A stretch of DNA of 64,000 nucleotides from Fibrobacteria bacterium (GTDB lineage Bacteria; Fibrobacterota; Chitinivibrionia; Chitinivibrionales; FEN-1185), in contig JBBIGR010000008.1 in the NCBI GenBank assembly GCA_037447435.1, positions 88,619 through 152,618 of the forward strand, in the 5' to 3' direction. The first letter of the stretch is position 1, and every line of letters starts with the position of its first letter. Positions 21,844 to 31,663 of this stretch are shown here, piece by piece. Under the pieces are notes generated by a model, which saw only the letters and a list, made by a program, of their open reading frames with translations, had not been told where the DNA came from and searched no databases. The position numbers and the translations under genes were made by a program.

Positions 21844-22400
21844 AACGCATTTTTGATGTGTCGGCGGCGGCAGCGGCTTTAATCATACTTGCCTTGCCGC
21901 TTGGTTGTATTGCATTGGCAATTAAATTGACCTCCTCCGGTCCTGTCATTCACTGGTCAAGACGAATCGGTAAGAATAATTTGCTTTTTCAAATGGCAAA
22001 ATTCCGGACAATGCGCGTTGATACACCTCAAGTAGCAACGCACCTTTTGAAAGATTCAAGTGCGTATGTAACCTCGATAGGCAAATTCCTCCGGAAATTC
22101 AGTCTGGACGAATTACCGCAATTGATAAATATTATTTCAGGAGATTTGAGTTTCGTAGGGCCAAGGCCGGCGCTTTTCAATCAGGATGATCTCATACGTT
22201 TAAGAACTGAAAAAAATGTTCATAAATTCATCCCCGGGCTTACAGGTTGGGCCCAAATTAATGGGAGAGATGAATTGCAGATCCCCCAAAAAGTAGAATT
22301 TGATGCTTACTATTGCGAACATAGTTCATTCTTATTTGACATTAAAATTATTGTCTTAACAGTGTTTAAAGCGTTTTCAGGGGCAGGGGTTTGCCATTAA
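21813..22400 (+). CDS. Initiating polyprenyl-phosphate sugar phosphotransferase (Bac_transf family)
   Basis: KRIFD, KFRTM, FLRKFSLDELPQL, FVGPRP, PGLTGWAQINGR. Confidence 0.93.
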   Translation: MVQKKIYQSIKRIFDVSAAAAALIILALPLGCIALAIKLTSSGPVIHWSRRIGKNNLLFQMAKFRTMRVDTPQVATHLLKDSSAYVTSIGKFLRKFSLDELPQLINIISGDLSFVGPRPALFNQDDLIRLRTEKNVHKFIPGLTGWAQINGRDELQIPQKVEFDAYYCEHSSFLFDIKIIVLTVFKAFSGAGVCH

Positions 22401-22498
22401 ATATGTATTCCTAATTTGAAGAGCACATATATAAGAAAATAATGATTCTGGCCTGTTATGCCGGATCTGTTTTGATAGAAAAGAAATAAGCACAATTT

Positions 22499-24388
22499 AT
22501 GATTACATCGCGGTTACTAACTCATCCATTATTGAAGTATCGTTTACCTGTCATCGTTTTATTACATGCCTGTTTTGCGGCCTGTGCGCTTTACCTGTCA
22601 TTTCTTCTTCGTTTTGACTTTACACTTGGGCGTGGAATTTATCCCAGGTTATTCTGGGTATCTTTGCCTCTAAACGTCCTTGTGTTTCTTATAATTTCTG
22701 GTGTTTTTAATTTGTACCAGGGCATCTGGCGTTATGTTAGCGTCGATGATTTAAAGGACATTGTTGAAACTTCAGCGATTTCGTCTCTAGGATTTATGTT
22801 TGCAATAATTATTAGCGGTCAATTTGCTGGATATCCCCGTTCTATTTATGTAATGAATTTTGCGTTGTTTATTCTTCTTAACGGCGGTACCCGTTTTGGG
22901 ATTAGAATTTTCCGTGAGTCTTTCGCTCCTCAAAGCGATACGGCGAAAAATGTGCTTATCGTTGGTGCTGGAACCGCGGGTAATGAAATTGCAAAAACGC
23001 TCAAAGCGGCAAAACACAGAGAATATATTCCGATCGGGTTTATTGACAATGACAAAAGCAAATTGAATAAACGCTTGCAGGGCCTCAAGGTTCTTGGCGA
23101 TGAAAACGCGATGCGGCATTTGATAAAAAAGCACCGGGTTCACGAAGTGTTTATTGCGATTCCAGCAGCAACCAATAAAGTTGTGAAAAAGATCATGGAT
23201 TTGGCCAAGATCGCCGAATGGGACGTGAAATTTAAAATCGCTCCGTCGATGCTTGACATAATGAGCGGCAAACTTCAGATAAACCAAATTCGTGACGTGT
23301 CAATTAATGACCTTTTATCCCGACCAAATATTACTCTTGACGACACGCATGTTCGTAAGCAACTTGCAGCCAAAACCGTTCTCATCACCGGTGCCGGCGG
23401 GTCTATAGGCTCGGAACTTTGCTATCAGGTTGCGGCGTACAGGCCGACAAGGATGATATTGCTTGATGCAGGAGAACAGAACGCGTATGAGGTTGATCAG
23501 GATCTCAAGAAGCGGCATCCGGACATCGTGATTCATACGGTAGTAGGAAATATGCTCGATCAGGGATTCATGGACATGCTCATGCGGAAATATTCGGTTG
23601 ATTACATTTATCATGCCGCCGCATATAAACATGTCCATTTGATGGAATGGAATCCGCTCGCAGCATTAAAAAATAACGTGTTGGGGACGGCAATGCTTGC
23701 CGGCCTTGCCGAACGCCATGGCGTCAAGCAATTCGTCATGATATCAACCGACAAGGCGGTCAATCCTCGCGGAATCATGGGATTGTCGAAACGGCTTGCG
23801 GAACGGGTTGTTTTGGAGCGGCACAAGTCGGGAACGTTGTTTAATGTTGTGCGTTTCGGCAATGTGCTTGGGTCTAGCGGGAGCGTTATTCCGCTTTTTC
23901 AAAGGCAGATAAAAGACGGCGGACCGGTTACGGTGACCGATCCCGAAACAAAGCGGTTTTTCATGTCTATTCCCGAAGCAGTACAGCTCGTGTTGCAGGC
24001 ATCGACGCTCAATGAATCGAATGCGATTTTCATGCTTGAAATGGGCGAACCCATCAAGATCGTTGACCTTGCGAAAAACCTCATAGAATTGTCGGGACTA
24101 AAAGTAGGCGAAGACATAGAGATTGTCTTTACCGGTATGAGAGCGGGAGAAAAAATAAAGGAAGAACTTTTATCGGCTCAGGAAAACCTTTTAAAAACAC
24201 CGTTCGATAAAGTGCGGTTGCAACGAAACACGAACTTCGATCCCGACAGAATAGAAAAATTCATTCACAATCTTAGGTCTAATGTCGAAATCGGGAATGT
24301 GCGTGCCGTTTACGACGATGCAAATGAACTGGTCCCGGAAATGCTTGGTCCCAGTTTTGACGAAATGATGAAGAACATGTTTGCCTGA
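22499..24388 (+). CDS. Membrane-anchored nucleoside-diphosphate-sugar 4,6-dehydratase (CapD/WbpM/PglF family)
   Basis: Four N-terminal TM segments, IVGAG.AG, ITGAGGSIGSEL, HAAAYKHV, ISTDKAVNP, VRFGNVLGSSGSVIP. Confidence 0.93.
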   Translation: MITSRLLTHPLLKYRLPVIVLLHACFAACALYLSFLLRFDFTLGRGIYPRLFWVSLPLNVLVFLIISGVFNLYQGIWRYVSVDDLKDIVETSAISSLGFMFAIIISGQFAGYPRSIYVMNFALFILLNGGTRFGIRIFRESFAPQSDTAKNVLIVGAGTAGNEIAKTLKAAKHREYIPIGFIDNDKSKLNKRLQGLKVLGDENAMRHLIKKHRVHEVFIAIPAATNKVVKKIMDLAKIAEWDVKFKIAPSMLDIMSGKLQINQIRDVSINDLLSRPNITLDDTHVRKQLAAKTVLITGAGGSIGSELCYQVAAYRPTRMILLDAGEQNAYEVDQDLKKRHPDIVIHTVVGNMLDQGFMDMLMRKYSVDYIYHAAAYKHVHLMEWNPLAALKNNVLGTAMLAGLAERHGVKQFVMISTDKAVNPRGIMGLSKRLAERVVLERHKSGTLFNVVRFGNVLGSSGSVIPLFQRQIKDGGPVTVTDPETKRFFMSIPEAVQLVLQASTLNESNAIFMLEMGEPIKIVDLAKNLIELSGLKVGEDIEIVFTGMRAGEKIKEELLSAQENLLKTPFDKVRLQRNTNFDPDRIEKFIHNLRSNVEIGNVRAVYDDANELVPEMLGPSFDEMMKNMFA

Positions 24389-24396
24389 AGGAGTTT

Positions 24397-25173
24397 ATGC
24401 TTTTCCTTTCCAAATTAATCCAAATGTTTTTTTATCCTGTCGGACTTTCAATCGCGCTTGCGGTTGCCGGCGGCGTTTTTTTAGTTTTGCAGAAAAAGAA
24501 AACGGCAATCTTTCTCGTTTTCTCGTCTATTGGCATACTAAGCATCTTTTCCTGCCCCGTGGTGGCGCATGCCATTGTGAGAAGTCTGGAAAGTAAATAT
24601 GATCCGCCTGCGGATTTTCCCAAAGTTTCGGCCATAGTGCTTTTGGGAGGTTGCACCAAATCACCGGTATCGCCGCGCCGCTATACGGAACCGAGCTGCG
24701 CCGGAGACCGTATGGTCAATGCGGCGCGCTTGTATCGCAAAGGCTATGCGCCGGTGATCGTATCCACCGGCGGAAAAATCACGTTTATGTACGATTACTC
24801 CGGGTCCGAAGCGCAAAATATGGCGGATTTCCTGACAGAGACCTGTCGCATCGATTCGTCGAAAATTTTATTGGAAGATAAAGCCAAGGACACGCACGGT
24901 AATGCAACCTATACCCTGGAATTACTTCGCGAGCACGGGCTAAATAAGGATATTATTTTAGTTACCAGCGCAATGCATATGTATCGTTCCGTAAAAATAT
25001 TCAAAAAATGCGGATTTACCGTTTATCCGGCGCCGGCTGATTTTAGGGAGGATAAAAAGGTGCAAAAGAATATCTTTGCATACTTTCCGAATGCCGAAGC
25101 GCTGAGCAACTCGACCGATGCGTTGCATGAATATTATGGTTTGATTGCCTATAAGATCGTCGGATGGTTGTAA
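24397..25173 (+). CDS. YdcF/ElyC (DUF218) family envelope protein
   Basis: N-terminal TMs, IVLLGG, E..AKDTHGNA, LVTSAMHM.RS, LHEYYG. Confidence 0.88.
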   Translation: MLFLSKLIQMFFYPVGLSIALAVAGGVFLVLQKKKTAIFLVFSSIGILSIFSCPVVAHAIVRSLESKYDPPADFPKVSAIVLLGGCTKSPVSPRRYTEPSCAGDRMVNAARLYRKGYAPVIVSTGGKITFMYDYSGSEAQNMADFLTETCRIDSSKILLEDKAKDTHGNATYTLELLREHGLNKDIILVTSAMHMYRSVKIFKKCGFTVYPAPADFREDKKVQKNIFAYFPNAEALSNSTDALHEYYGLIAYKIVGWL

Positions 25174-25211
25174 TTATTTATTGATACGAAGCTACGGCTT
25201 TTCCCCGGTTA

Positions 25212-25709
25212 TTATCTTTTGATTTTTGCGATGAGTTTCTCAAGCCCGGCTATTGCTGCCTGCAATCTTACTTCCTGCCTGTTTCCTTTAAAAATGCATT
25301 TGTAACTCCACGCTTTTTTTTCCGCATAAATTCCAATGTAAACAAGCCCTACCGGTTTTTTAGAACTGCCGCCGCCCGGTCCTGCTATGCCCGAAACCGC
25401 AATTGTACAATCGGCTCCAAACAGTCCGGCCGCGTTTTTTGCCATAGCCAGTACCGTTTGCTTGCTTACTGCGCCGTGTTTGTCAAGTATTTCGGCAGGA
25501 ACACCCAGAATGCTTTGTTTAACGGTATTACTATACGCGATAATGCCGCCTAAAAAATATTCGGAAGAACCGGATATGGACGTCACGGCACTTCCGATCA
25601 TACCGCCGGTGCACGATTCGGCAACGCAAAGCGAGACTCTTTTTTTACTAAGCAATGTGCCCAAAGATCGGGACAATGCAAAGAGAGATTGTTTTGGAGC
25701 GCTTTGCAA
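25212..25709 (-). CDS. pncC: Nicotinamide-mononucleotide deamidase (CinA C-terminal domain)
   Basis: VAESCTGG, YSN..K..LGV, HGAVS, SGIAGPGGG...KPVGLV. Confidence 0.9.
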   Translation of the reverse strand: MQSAPKQSLFALSRSLGTLLSKKRVSLCVAESCTGGMIGSAVTSISGSSEYFLGGIIAYSNTVKQSILGVPAEILDKHGAVSKQTVLAMAKNAAGLFGADCTIAVSGIAGPGGGSSKKPVGLVYIGIYAEKKAWSYKCIFKGNRQEVRLQAAIAGLEKLIAKIKR

Positions 25710-25714
25710 TGGTT

Positions 25715-26542
25715 TTATCCTTGAACTTGCTTATACGAGGGTTTTGAAAACTTTTTTATCATAAGGGCTATAAAGTAACAGACCCCCGCAACCAAAATTA
25801 TTGTTGCTCCCGAAGTAAGATTAAAATAAAAGGAAAGCAATAATCCACAAAGAGTGAAAACCATTCCCAGTATCGATGCGATGACCATTATCCTGCCGAG
25901 TTTCCGGGTGAACAATTCGGCGATTGAAGCGGGAATGGTAAACAGGGCAATGACAAGGATGAGTCCGACAACCCGAATCAGGACAACGATGCACAGCGCA
26001 ATCAGAATAAGAACGAGATAATACAACATTTTCACGGGAACGCCGCTGATTTGCGAAAATTCCTCATCATAGGACATGCCCACAAGTTCTTTATATAAAA
26101 ACATGACAGAACAGAGAATGAGAATGTCGAGTATCGCCATGAATACGATACTTTGAAAAGGAACCGCCAAAATACTGCCGAACAAATAGCTCATAAGATC
26201 GACATAATATCCTTTTGTCAAATCTATCATGAGAATGCCGAACGCCATGCCGATCGCCCAAATAACGCCGACGGTCGTATCGGCACGCTCTTTTTTTTCC
26301 GCCGTTACATACCCCATTACCCAAGACGAAAGTAAAGAAAACAGCATTGCTCCGGCGAGCAACGGCCATTTGAAGAAGGCGGCCAATCCCAGCCCGCCGT
26401 ATGCGGCATGGGCAATTCCGCCGGACAAGGAGGATAGTCTGTTGACGACAACGAGACTCCCGACTATACCGCACGCTATGCTCACGAGGATACCCGCATA
26501 GAGGGCATTACGCATGAATTCATAATGAAAAATATCGAACAT
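25715..26542 (-). CDS. znuB: Zn/Mn ABC transporter permease
   Basis: GGIAHAAYGG, DLMSYLFGSIL, VVGLILVIAL. In an operon with the ATPase and binding protein. Confidence 0.88.
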   Translation of the reverse strand: MFDIFHYEFMRNALYAGILVSIACGIVGSLVVVNRLSSLSGGIAHAAYGGLGLAAFFKWPLLAGAMLFSLLSSWVMGYVTAEKKERADTTVGVIWAIGMAFGILMIDLTKGYYVDLMSYLFGSILAVPFQSIVFMAILDILILCSVMFLYKELVGMSYDEEFSQISGVPVKMLYYLVLILIALCIVVLIRVVGLILVIALFTIPASIAELFTRKLGRIMVIASILGMVFTLCGLLLSFYFNLTSGATIILVAGVCYFIALMIKKFSKPSYKQVQG

Positions 26543-26585
26543 GAAAATCTTTAACCCTTCGGCTCCCTAGCGGAGCGTTTTTGAA

Positions 26586-27362
26586 TTAATCGTGATTATG
26601 GTACACACGATGCGGCAAACCGTGAGCAATGATATCCACCGGACAACCGAATGTGGCGGTAATGCTTTTTTCATCGAGTATGCCGTCGGGATGATAAAAA
26701 AGCGATTTGTTAATACAAGCGACCGAACGGATATAGGTGGAAACCGCGCCGACATTGTGCGTGACCAGCACGACCGTTGTTCCGGTTTTATTTATTCGTA
26801 AAAGAAATTCGTAAATTTCATCCTGACCAAGGGTATCTATCGAAGCGGTCGGCTCGTCGAGAAATAAAATTTTGGGTTCCGATACCAACGCCCTCGCCAA
26901 CAGCACTTTCTGCCTTTGGCCGCCCGACAGGTCGCCGATGCTTTTGTTCACCAGATGCGATAATTTCAATTCGTCAAGAATTGCCGAGGCTTTTTTTCGG
27001 TCGGATTTGGTGTAGCGATGAAACAACGGGCGTCTTGACAAAAGTCCCATTAATACGACGTCCAAAACCGAAATGGGAAACCATTTGTTCGAAGAGGTTT
27101 CCTGCGGGATATAGCCGGCGCGTATTCTGGTCTTTTGCGGAACGTCGCCTAAAAGTTTGACCGTCCCCATTTGAGGTTTCAGGACGCCGAGCGCGATCCG
27201 AAGCAGGGTCGTTTTCCCGCCGCCGTTAGGCCCGATAATGCCGACGAAATCGCCTTCTTTTATTGTGAGCGTAATGCGATCAAGGACGATTTCGTCGGCA
27301 TATTTATACGACACATCGAGAAGCTCGATGACCGGTTCTTTATTTGTTGACAAGGTATCCAT
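26586..27362 (-). CDS. znuC: Zn/Mn ABC transporter ATP-binding protein
   Basis: GPNGGGKTT, LSGGQRQ, LDEPT, His-rich C-terminus (AHGLPHRVYHNHD). Confidence 0.9.
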   Translation of the reverse strand: MDTLSTNKEPVIELLDVSYKYADEIVLDRITLTIKEGDFVGIIGPNGGGKTTLLRIALGVLKPQMGTVKLLGDVPQKTRIRAGYIPQETSSNKWFPISVLDVVLMGLLSRRPLFHRYTKSDRKKASAILDELKLSHLVNKSIGDLSGGQRQKVLLARALVSEPKILFLDEPTASIDTLGQDEIYEFLLRINKTGTTVVLVTHNVGAVSTYIRSVACINKSLFYHPDGILDEKSITATFGCPVDIIAHGLPHRVYHNHD

Positions 27363-27434
27363 CGTTTTTATTGCTTTCGAACAGCGACGTGTTTGTTCTC
27401 TTTTTCAAATAAGCTTCATATCCGATAACGCAAA

Positions 27435-28307
27435 TCAGTTTGCCCGGGCCGCGAAATTTTTCGCGACATTCAAAAGATTGTTTTGCCAGTCGTAAGCGAG
27501 ACCGTCGGCATCGACGACTTTCGCGCCGATTTCGTTTGCAATGATTTCGGCGGTCTTTTTCGAATATTCGGGTTGTGCGAAAACCGTTGTGATTTTATAC
27601 CGGCGTGCAGTGTCCAGTAATGCCTTCATGGTTTGAGGGCTTGGTTCTTTGCCGTCTATTTCGATCGCAATTTGCGACAGGCAATAGTCTTTTGCGAAAT
27701 ATCCCCAGGTCGGATGAAAAACCAGAAACGGTCTTTTGTTTTGCAGCGAATCGCAAGGCAACAGAGCCTTGATATGTGCGTCGAGCGAATCGATTTCAAC
27801 GGAAAATGAATCGCAATTTTTAATAAAAACCGACGCATGCGCCGTATCGAGACGAGCCAGGGCCAAAGCGATGACGGCGATTTGCCGTTTCACGAGCTTT
27901 GGCGATAACCAAATATGAGGGTCCCGGCCGTTTGGTTCGCGGTCATCTTTATCGCCGGAAGCCAGTTTCGAAATCGACGAATCGGTCTTTACAATCGACA
28001 TTGACGGCGCCAAAGCGGAAAATTTCGGGAGCCAAGGGCCTTCGAATTCCAGGCCGATGCAAAAATACGCTTTGGCTATTGACAACAAAGACATCTGTTG
28101 GGGTTTCGGCTCATAGGCATGCACGTTCATGCCCGGCGGAACCATAACCTGGCAATCGAAAATCCCGCCGCTGATTTTGTCGACAAAGTATTTCTGCGGT
28201 ACGATGCTGACGAAAACAATCGGCTTTTTAATCGCCGAAGACGGATTTGTCTTGCAAGACAGCGGAATTAAAAAAAGGCATATTGCCAATAAAAAATGCT
28301 TACCCAT
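27435..28307 (-). CDS. znuA: Zn/Mn ABC transporter substrate-binding lipoprotein
   Basis: Lipobox-like PLSC, HAYEPKP, DPHIWLSP, VFHPTWGYF. Confidence 0.9.
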   Translation of the reverse strand: MGKHFLLAICLFLIPLSCKTNPSSAIKKPIVFVSIVPQKYFVDKISGGIFDCQVMVPPGMNVHAYEPKPQQMSLLSIAKAYFCIGLEFEGPWLPKFSALAPSMSIVKTDSSISKLASGDKDDREPNGRDPHIWLSPKLVKRQIAVIALALARLDTAHASVFIKNCDSFSVEIDSLDAHIKALLPCDSLQNKRPFLVFHPTWGYFAKDYCLSQIAIEIDGKEPSPQTMKALLDTARRYKITTVFAQPEYSKKTAEIIANEIGAKVVDADGLAYDWQNNLLNVAKNFAARAN

Positions 28308-28319
28308 GTTTTTAAAATA

Positions 28320-28334
28320 AATGAAGCATTCATT
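28320..28334. promoter_or_regulatory. Inverted repeat, candidate Zur/Fur-family operator
   Basis: AATGAA-GCA-TTCATT dyad just upstream of the znuA start, in the divergent intergenic region. Confidence 0.4.
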
Positions 28335-28367
28335 GCCCGCGTGTGAGAGAAGTATTTTCGAGCAATT

Positions 28368-30293
28368 ATGATATCATTGCAAGGAATACGAAAACAGTAC
28401 TCGAGTCAAATCATATTCGAAAATATGAACGTTTCTTTTTTTGACGACGATCGTATCGCCCTCATCGGAAGGAATGGAACAGGCAAAACCTCACTGCTTC
28501 GTCTTATTGTTGGAAAAGAAGAGCCGAACAACGGCAACGTTTCCATTTCCTCGGGCACGACGATCGGGTATTTGCCGCAGGAAATAGAGATCGTCCGCGA
28601 CGTGAGCCCCATGGAAATCGTGTTGGAACCATATTCCAATTTATTGTCTTTTGAAGACGTGTATGCCGCGGCCGCGACTTCATGCGACCATCATGACAAA
28701 AACCATTTGAAAAAAGCGCTTGAAAAAATCGACGCGTTGCAATCGCAAATGGAATATGTCGATGCTTTTTCTCTTGCCTCAAAGGCCAAATCGATATTGG
28801 CCGGCCTTGGCGTGCCTCCGGAAAAATGGGAGCTTCCGGTACAGGAATTGTCGGGCGGTTACCGTATGCGTGTCATGCTTGCCCGTCTTTTGCTGTTGTC
28901 GCCGTCGATGTTGCTTCTGGACGAACCTACAAACCATTTGGACATCGATTCCCTCATTTGGCTGGAATCGTTTTTGCGAAGATATAAAGGCGGGCTCATT
29001 GTCGTAAGTCATGACCGGGATTTTTTGAATCGGGCCACCGGCATAACCGCCGAACTTACCGGCGGCGATATTGTTGTTTACAAAGGAACTTACGACCAAT
29101 ACGTTAATTATAAAGAGGAGCGGGAAAAGTCGGATGAAAATACCCGCTCGAACCTTGAGCGTCAGATTGCGCAAAAGGAACGTTTTATAGAACGGTTCAG
29201 AGCAAAGGCAACCAAGGCGTCGCAGGTGCAGTCACGGGTAAAGGCCATGGAGGCGCTTAAGGAACAAATGCCCGAAGCAAAAACCGTGGGCCCGACGGTC
29301 CGCTTTCGGTTTCCTATGCCGCAACCAAGCGGCGGCATGCCCCTCAAACTGGAAAATGTCTCGGCCGGGTATAATACCACACCGGTGTTTAAAAAACTCA
29401 ATCTGAGCGTCAACCGCGGCGATAAAATTGCAATCGTGGGCCCCAACGGGGCCGGAAAATCCACCCTGTTAAAGCTTTTTGCCGGTGCGATAAAGCCGAT
29501 GGAAGGAATTTGCACCATAGGGCATAATGCCGATATCCGCTATTTCGGACAGCATCAACTCGATCAATTGGACCCAGAGAAAACCCTGTATGAGACCGTT
29601 CAGCAGGCGAGCGGCTCGGGGGAGCGGACATTCATCCAAAATGTGTTGGGAGCATTCCTCTTTTCCGGAAACGACGTACTCAAATTGGTAAAGGTTCTTT
29701 CCGGCGGGGAAAGGTCGCGTCTCGTATTGGCGACCATATTATCGAAACCCGGCAATGTATTGGTACTGGACGAACCCACGAACCATTTGGATATGCAATC
29801 GGTCGACATGCTGACTATGGCGCTCAACGAATTCAACGGCACGGTCGTTTTCGTGTCGCATAACGAATATTTCATTTCGCAAATAGCAAATAGGATCATC
29901 GAGATGCGGCCGGGAATCGTCCGCGATTTTGCCGGCACGATTTCCGAATATCGTTCATTTTTGGAAGCGGGCTATATGCAAAGCGATGAGACAAGTCCCA
30001 TCGCACGAAAAGCCGCAATCGAAACCGAAACCGCGAAACAGGACAAAATAAAAAGAAAAGAAGAACGGCGCGTCGTGCAAAGAAAGATCGAACGGTTGGA
30101 AAAAGAAATCGATACCGGCGAAAAGGAATTAAAAACGCTCGATGCCGTATTGAACGATCCGGCGAACTCGGCAAACTTCTCGCTGCTTCACGATACCGCC
30201 CTGGCAATGAATGCATTGAAAAAGAAAAATGAAGATTTGGTCGTGGAATGGGAAGGGTTGCAGATACGATTGGCCGAGTTGGAAGAAATGTGA
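28368..30293 (+). CDS. ABC-F family ATPase
   Basis: Two ABC cassettes (GRNGTGKTS, GPNGAGKST, LDEPTNHLD twice), no TM segments, C-terminal coiled coil. Confidence 0.93.
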   Translation: MISLQGIRKQYSSQIIFENMNVSFFDDDRIALIGRNGTGKTSLLRLIVGKEEPNNGNVSISSGTTIGYLPQEIEIVRDVSPMEIVLEPYSNLLSFEDVYAAAATSCDHHDKNHLKKALEKIDALQSQMEYVDAFSLASKAKSILAGLGVPPEKWELPVQELSGGYRMRVMLARLLLLSPSMLLLDEPTNHLDIDSLIWLESFLRRYKGGLIVVSHDRDFLNRATGITAELTGGDIVVYKGTYDQYVNYKEEREKSDENTRSNLERQIAQKERFIERFRAKATKASQVQSRVKAMEALKEQMPEAKTVGPTVRFRFPMPQPSGGMPLKLENVSAGYNTTPVFKKLNLSVNRGDKIAIVGPNGAGKSTLLKLFAGAIKPMEGICTIGHNADIRYFGQHQLDQLDPEKTLYETVQQASGSGERTFIQNVLGAFLFSGNDVLKLVKVLSGGERSRLVLATILSKPGNVLVLDEPTNHLDMQSVDMLTMALNEFNGTVVFVSHNEYFISQIANRIIEMRPGIVRDFAGTISEYRSFLEAGYMQSDETSPIARKAAIETETAKQDKIKRKEERRVVQRKIERLEKEIDTGEKELKTLDAVLNDPANSANFSLLHDTALAMNALKKKNEDLVVEWEGLQIRLAELEEM

Positions 30294-30426
30294 CCTTATA
30301 ATCAGCAGGAAATATATTTAGTACCTATATTTGAATTGTCTGCGCCTTTAGCGTAGATAATATATAAAGTAAACTTATCCCATGCGATTAGTACCTATTT
30401 AAAATTTCGCAAAAAAGGAATCTGTA

Positions 30427-31638
30427 ATGGCCAAGTTTAAAGGAAAAGCACTGCTCCCGACACAATTCGTGCTCAATTCGATTGTGCCGCCGCTGCTCTC
30501 GTTTCAGGACATGAAATATTGGCAGATGCTGCCGCATCAGTTCCGTAAATATTTGGTTCCTCATAAATGGGACACCAACATTCCGGTGGGCCAGATTTCG
30601 CTTCGAGTCAATGAAGTGTGCAATTTACGTTGCAAATCGTGCGGCCAATGGGGCGAAAACGGCCATTTGACCGCAAAATTGGCCCGTGGTGAAAAGTTGC
30701 AGCAATTGGATTTTGATGTTGTCAAGCGCGTGGTTTTCGAAACCCGTCGCGATAAACCGTATTATTATATTTGGGGCGGCGAGCCGACGATGTGGAAACC
30801 GCTCGTGTCCTTGTTCGAAGAATTGGCAAAATACAAACTCCTGGGGTCAATTGTCACCAACGCGCAGGCCCTGGATCCGATCATCGAACCGCTCATGGAA
30901 ACCGGCGCATTGTCGGTATTGTTTTTAAGTCTTGACGGATGGGACGCGCCGTCGCAAAACCTCATGCGTTCTCCTGCGGGCGGGACATCGGAAAATTTCG
31001 AAAAAACAATGGCGATAATCGATAAAGTCGATGAAATTAAAAAACGTAAAAATCTGAAATTCCCGTTGATCATACCGATTTCCGTCATTTCCAATTCAAA
31101 TTATAGTCACCTCGTCGACATCCATAAGCTTGTGATCGATAAAACGCAGTTACATCCGTTTTACTTCGGCTGGTTTATCACCGAAGAACGTTCGGCGCTT
31201 CACGAAAAGGTATTTGAAGACCGTTTCGGTTATAAGCCGAAAAATCATCAGGGATATTTGAAGTCGTGTTTTAACGATGTCGATCCCAAAGTCACGGCCG
31301 AACAAATTGCCGAGATCCAAAGAATATCGAAAGGCAGACAATCGGTCCCGCAGTTTTTGCCCGACATCACCACGGAAAAGGAAATCGCACGGTATTACGC
31401 GGACCATGCATGGCATTGCGGATATCCTAAATGCGAAAGCGTTTATTTCATTGCGGAAGTTTCCCCCGACGGTCGCGTGACGCCTTGTCGTGATTATCAA
31501 GATTATACGGCGGGTAACATTAACGACCAGACGTTTTACGACATATGGCACGGAGAAAAATTCAAGACGTTCCGCAGGGAAATGGAAAAAGGTCTGATGC
31601 CCGTGTGTACGAGGTGCTGCGGTCTGCAAGGGTTCTGA
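30427..31638 (+). CDS. Radical SAM protein with SPASM/twitch domain
   Basis: CNLRCKSC (CxxxCxxC), WGGEP, C...PDGRVTPC...GNI...DIW...CTRCC. Confidence 0.9.
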   Translation: MAKFKGKALLPTQFVLNSIVPPLLSFQDMKYWQMLPHQFRKYLVPHKWDTNIPVGQISLRVNEVCNLRCKSCGQWGENGHLTAKLARGEKLQQLDFDVVKRVVFETRRDKPYYYIWGGEPTMWKPLVSLFEELAKYKLLGSIVTNAQALDPIIEPLMETGALSVLFLSLDGWDAPSQNLMRSPAGGTSENFEKTMAIIDKVDEIKKRKNLKFPLIIPISVISNSNYSHLVDIHKLVIDKTQLHPFYFGWFITEERSALHEKVFEDRFGYKPKNHQGYLKSCFNDVDPKVTAEQIAEIQRISKGRQSVPQFLPDITTEKEIARYYADHAWHCGYPKCESVYFIAEVSPDGRVTPCRDYQDYTAGNINDQTFYDIWHGEKFKTFRREMEKGLMPVCTRCCGLQGF

Positions 31639-31663
31639 GAGCCAAAGCGTACGGCGGATATTC

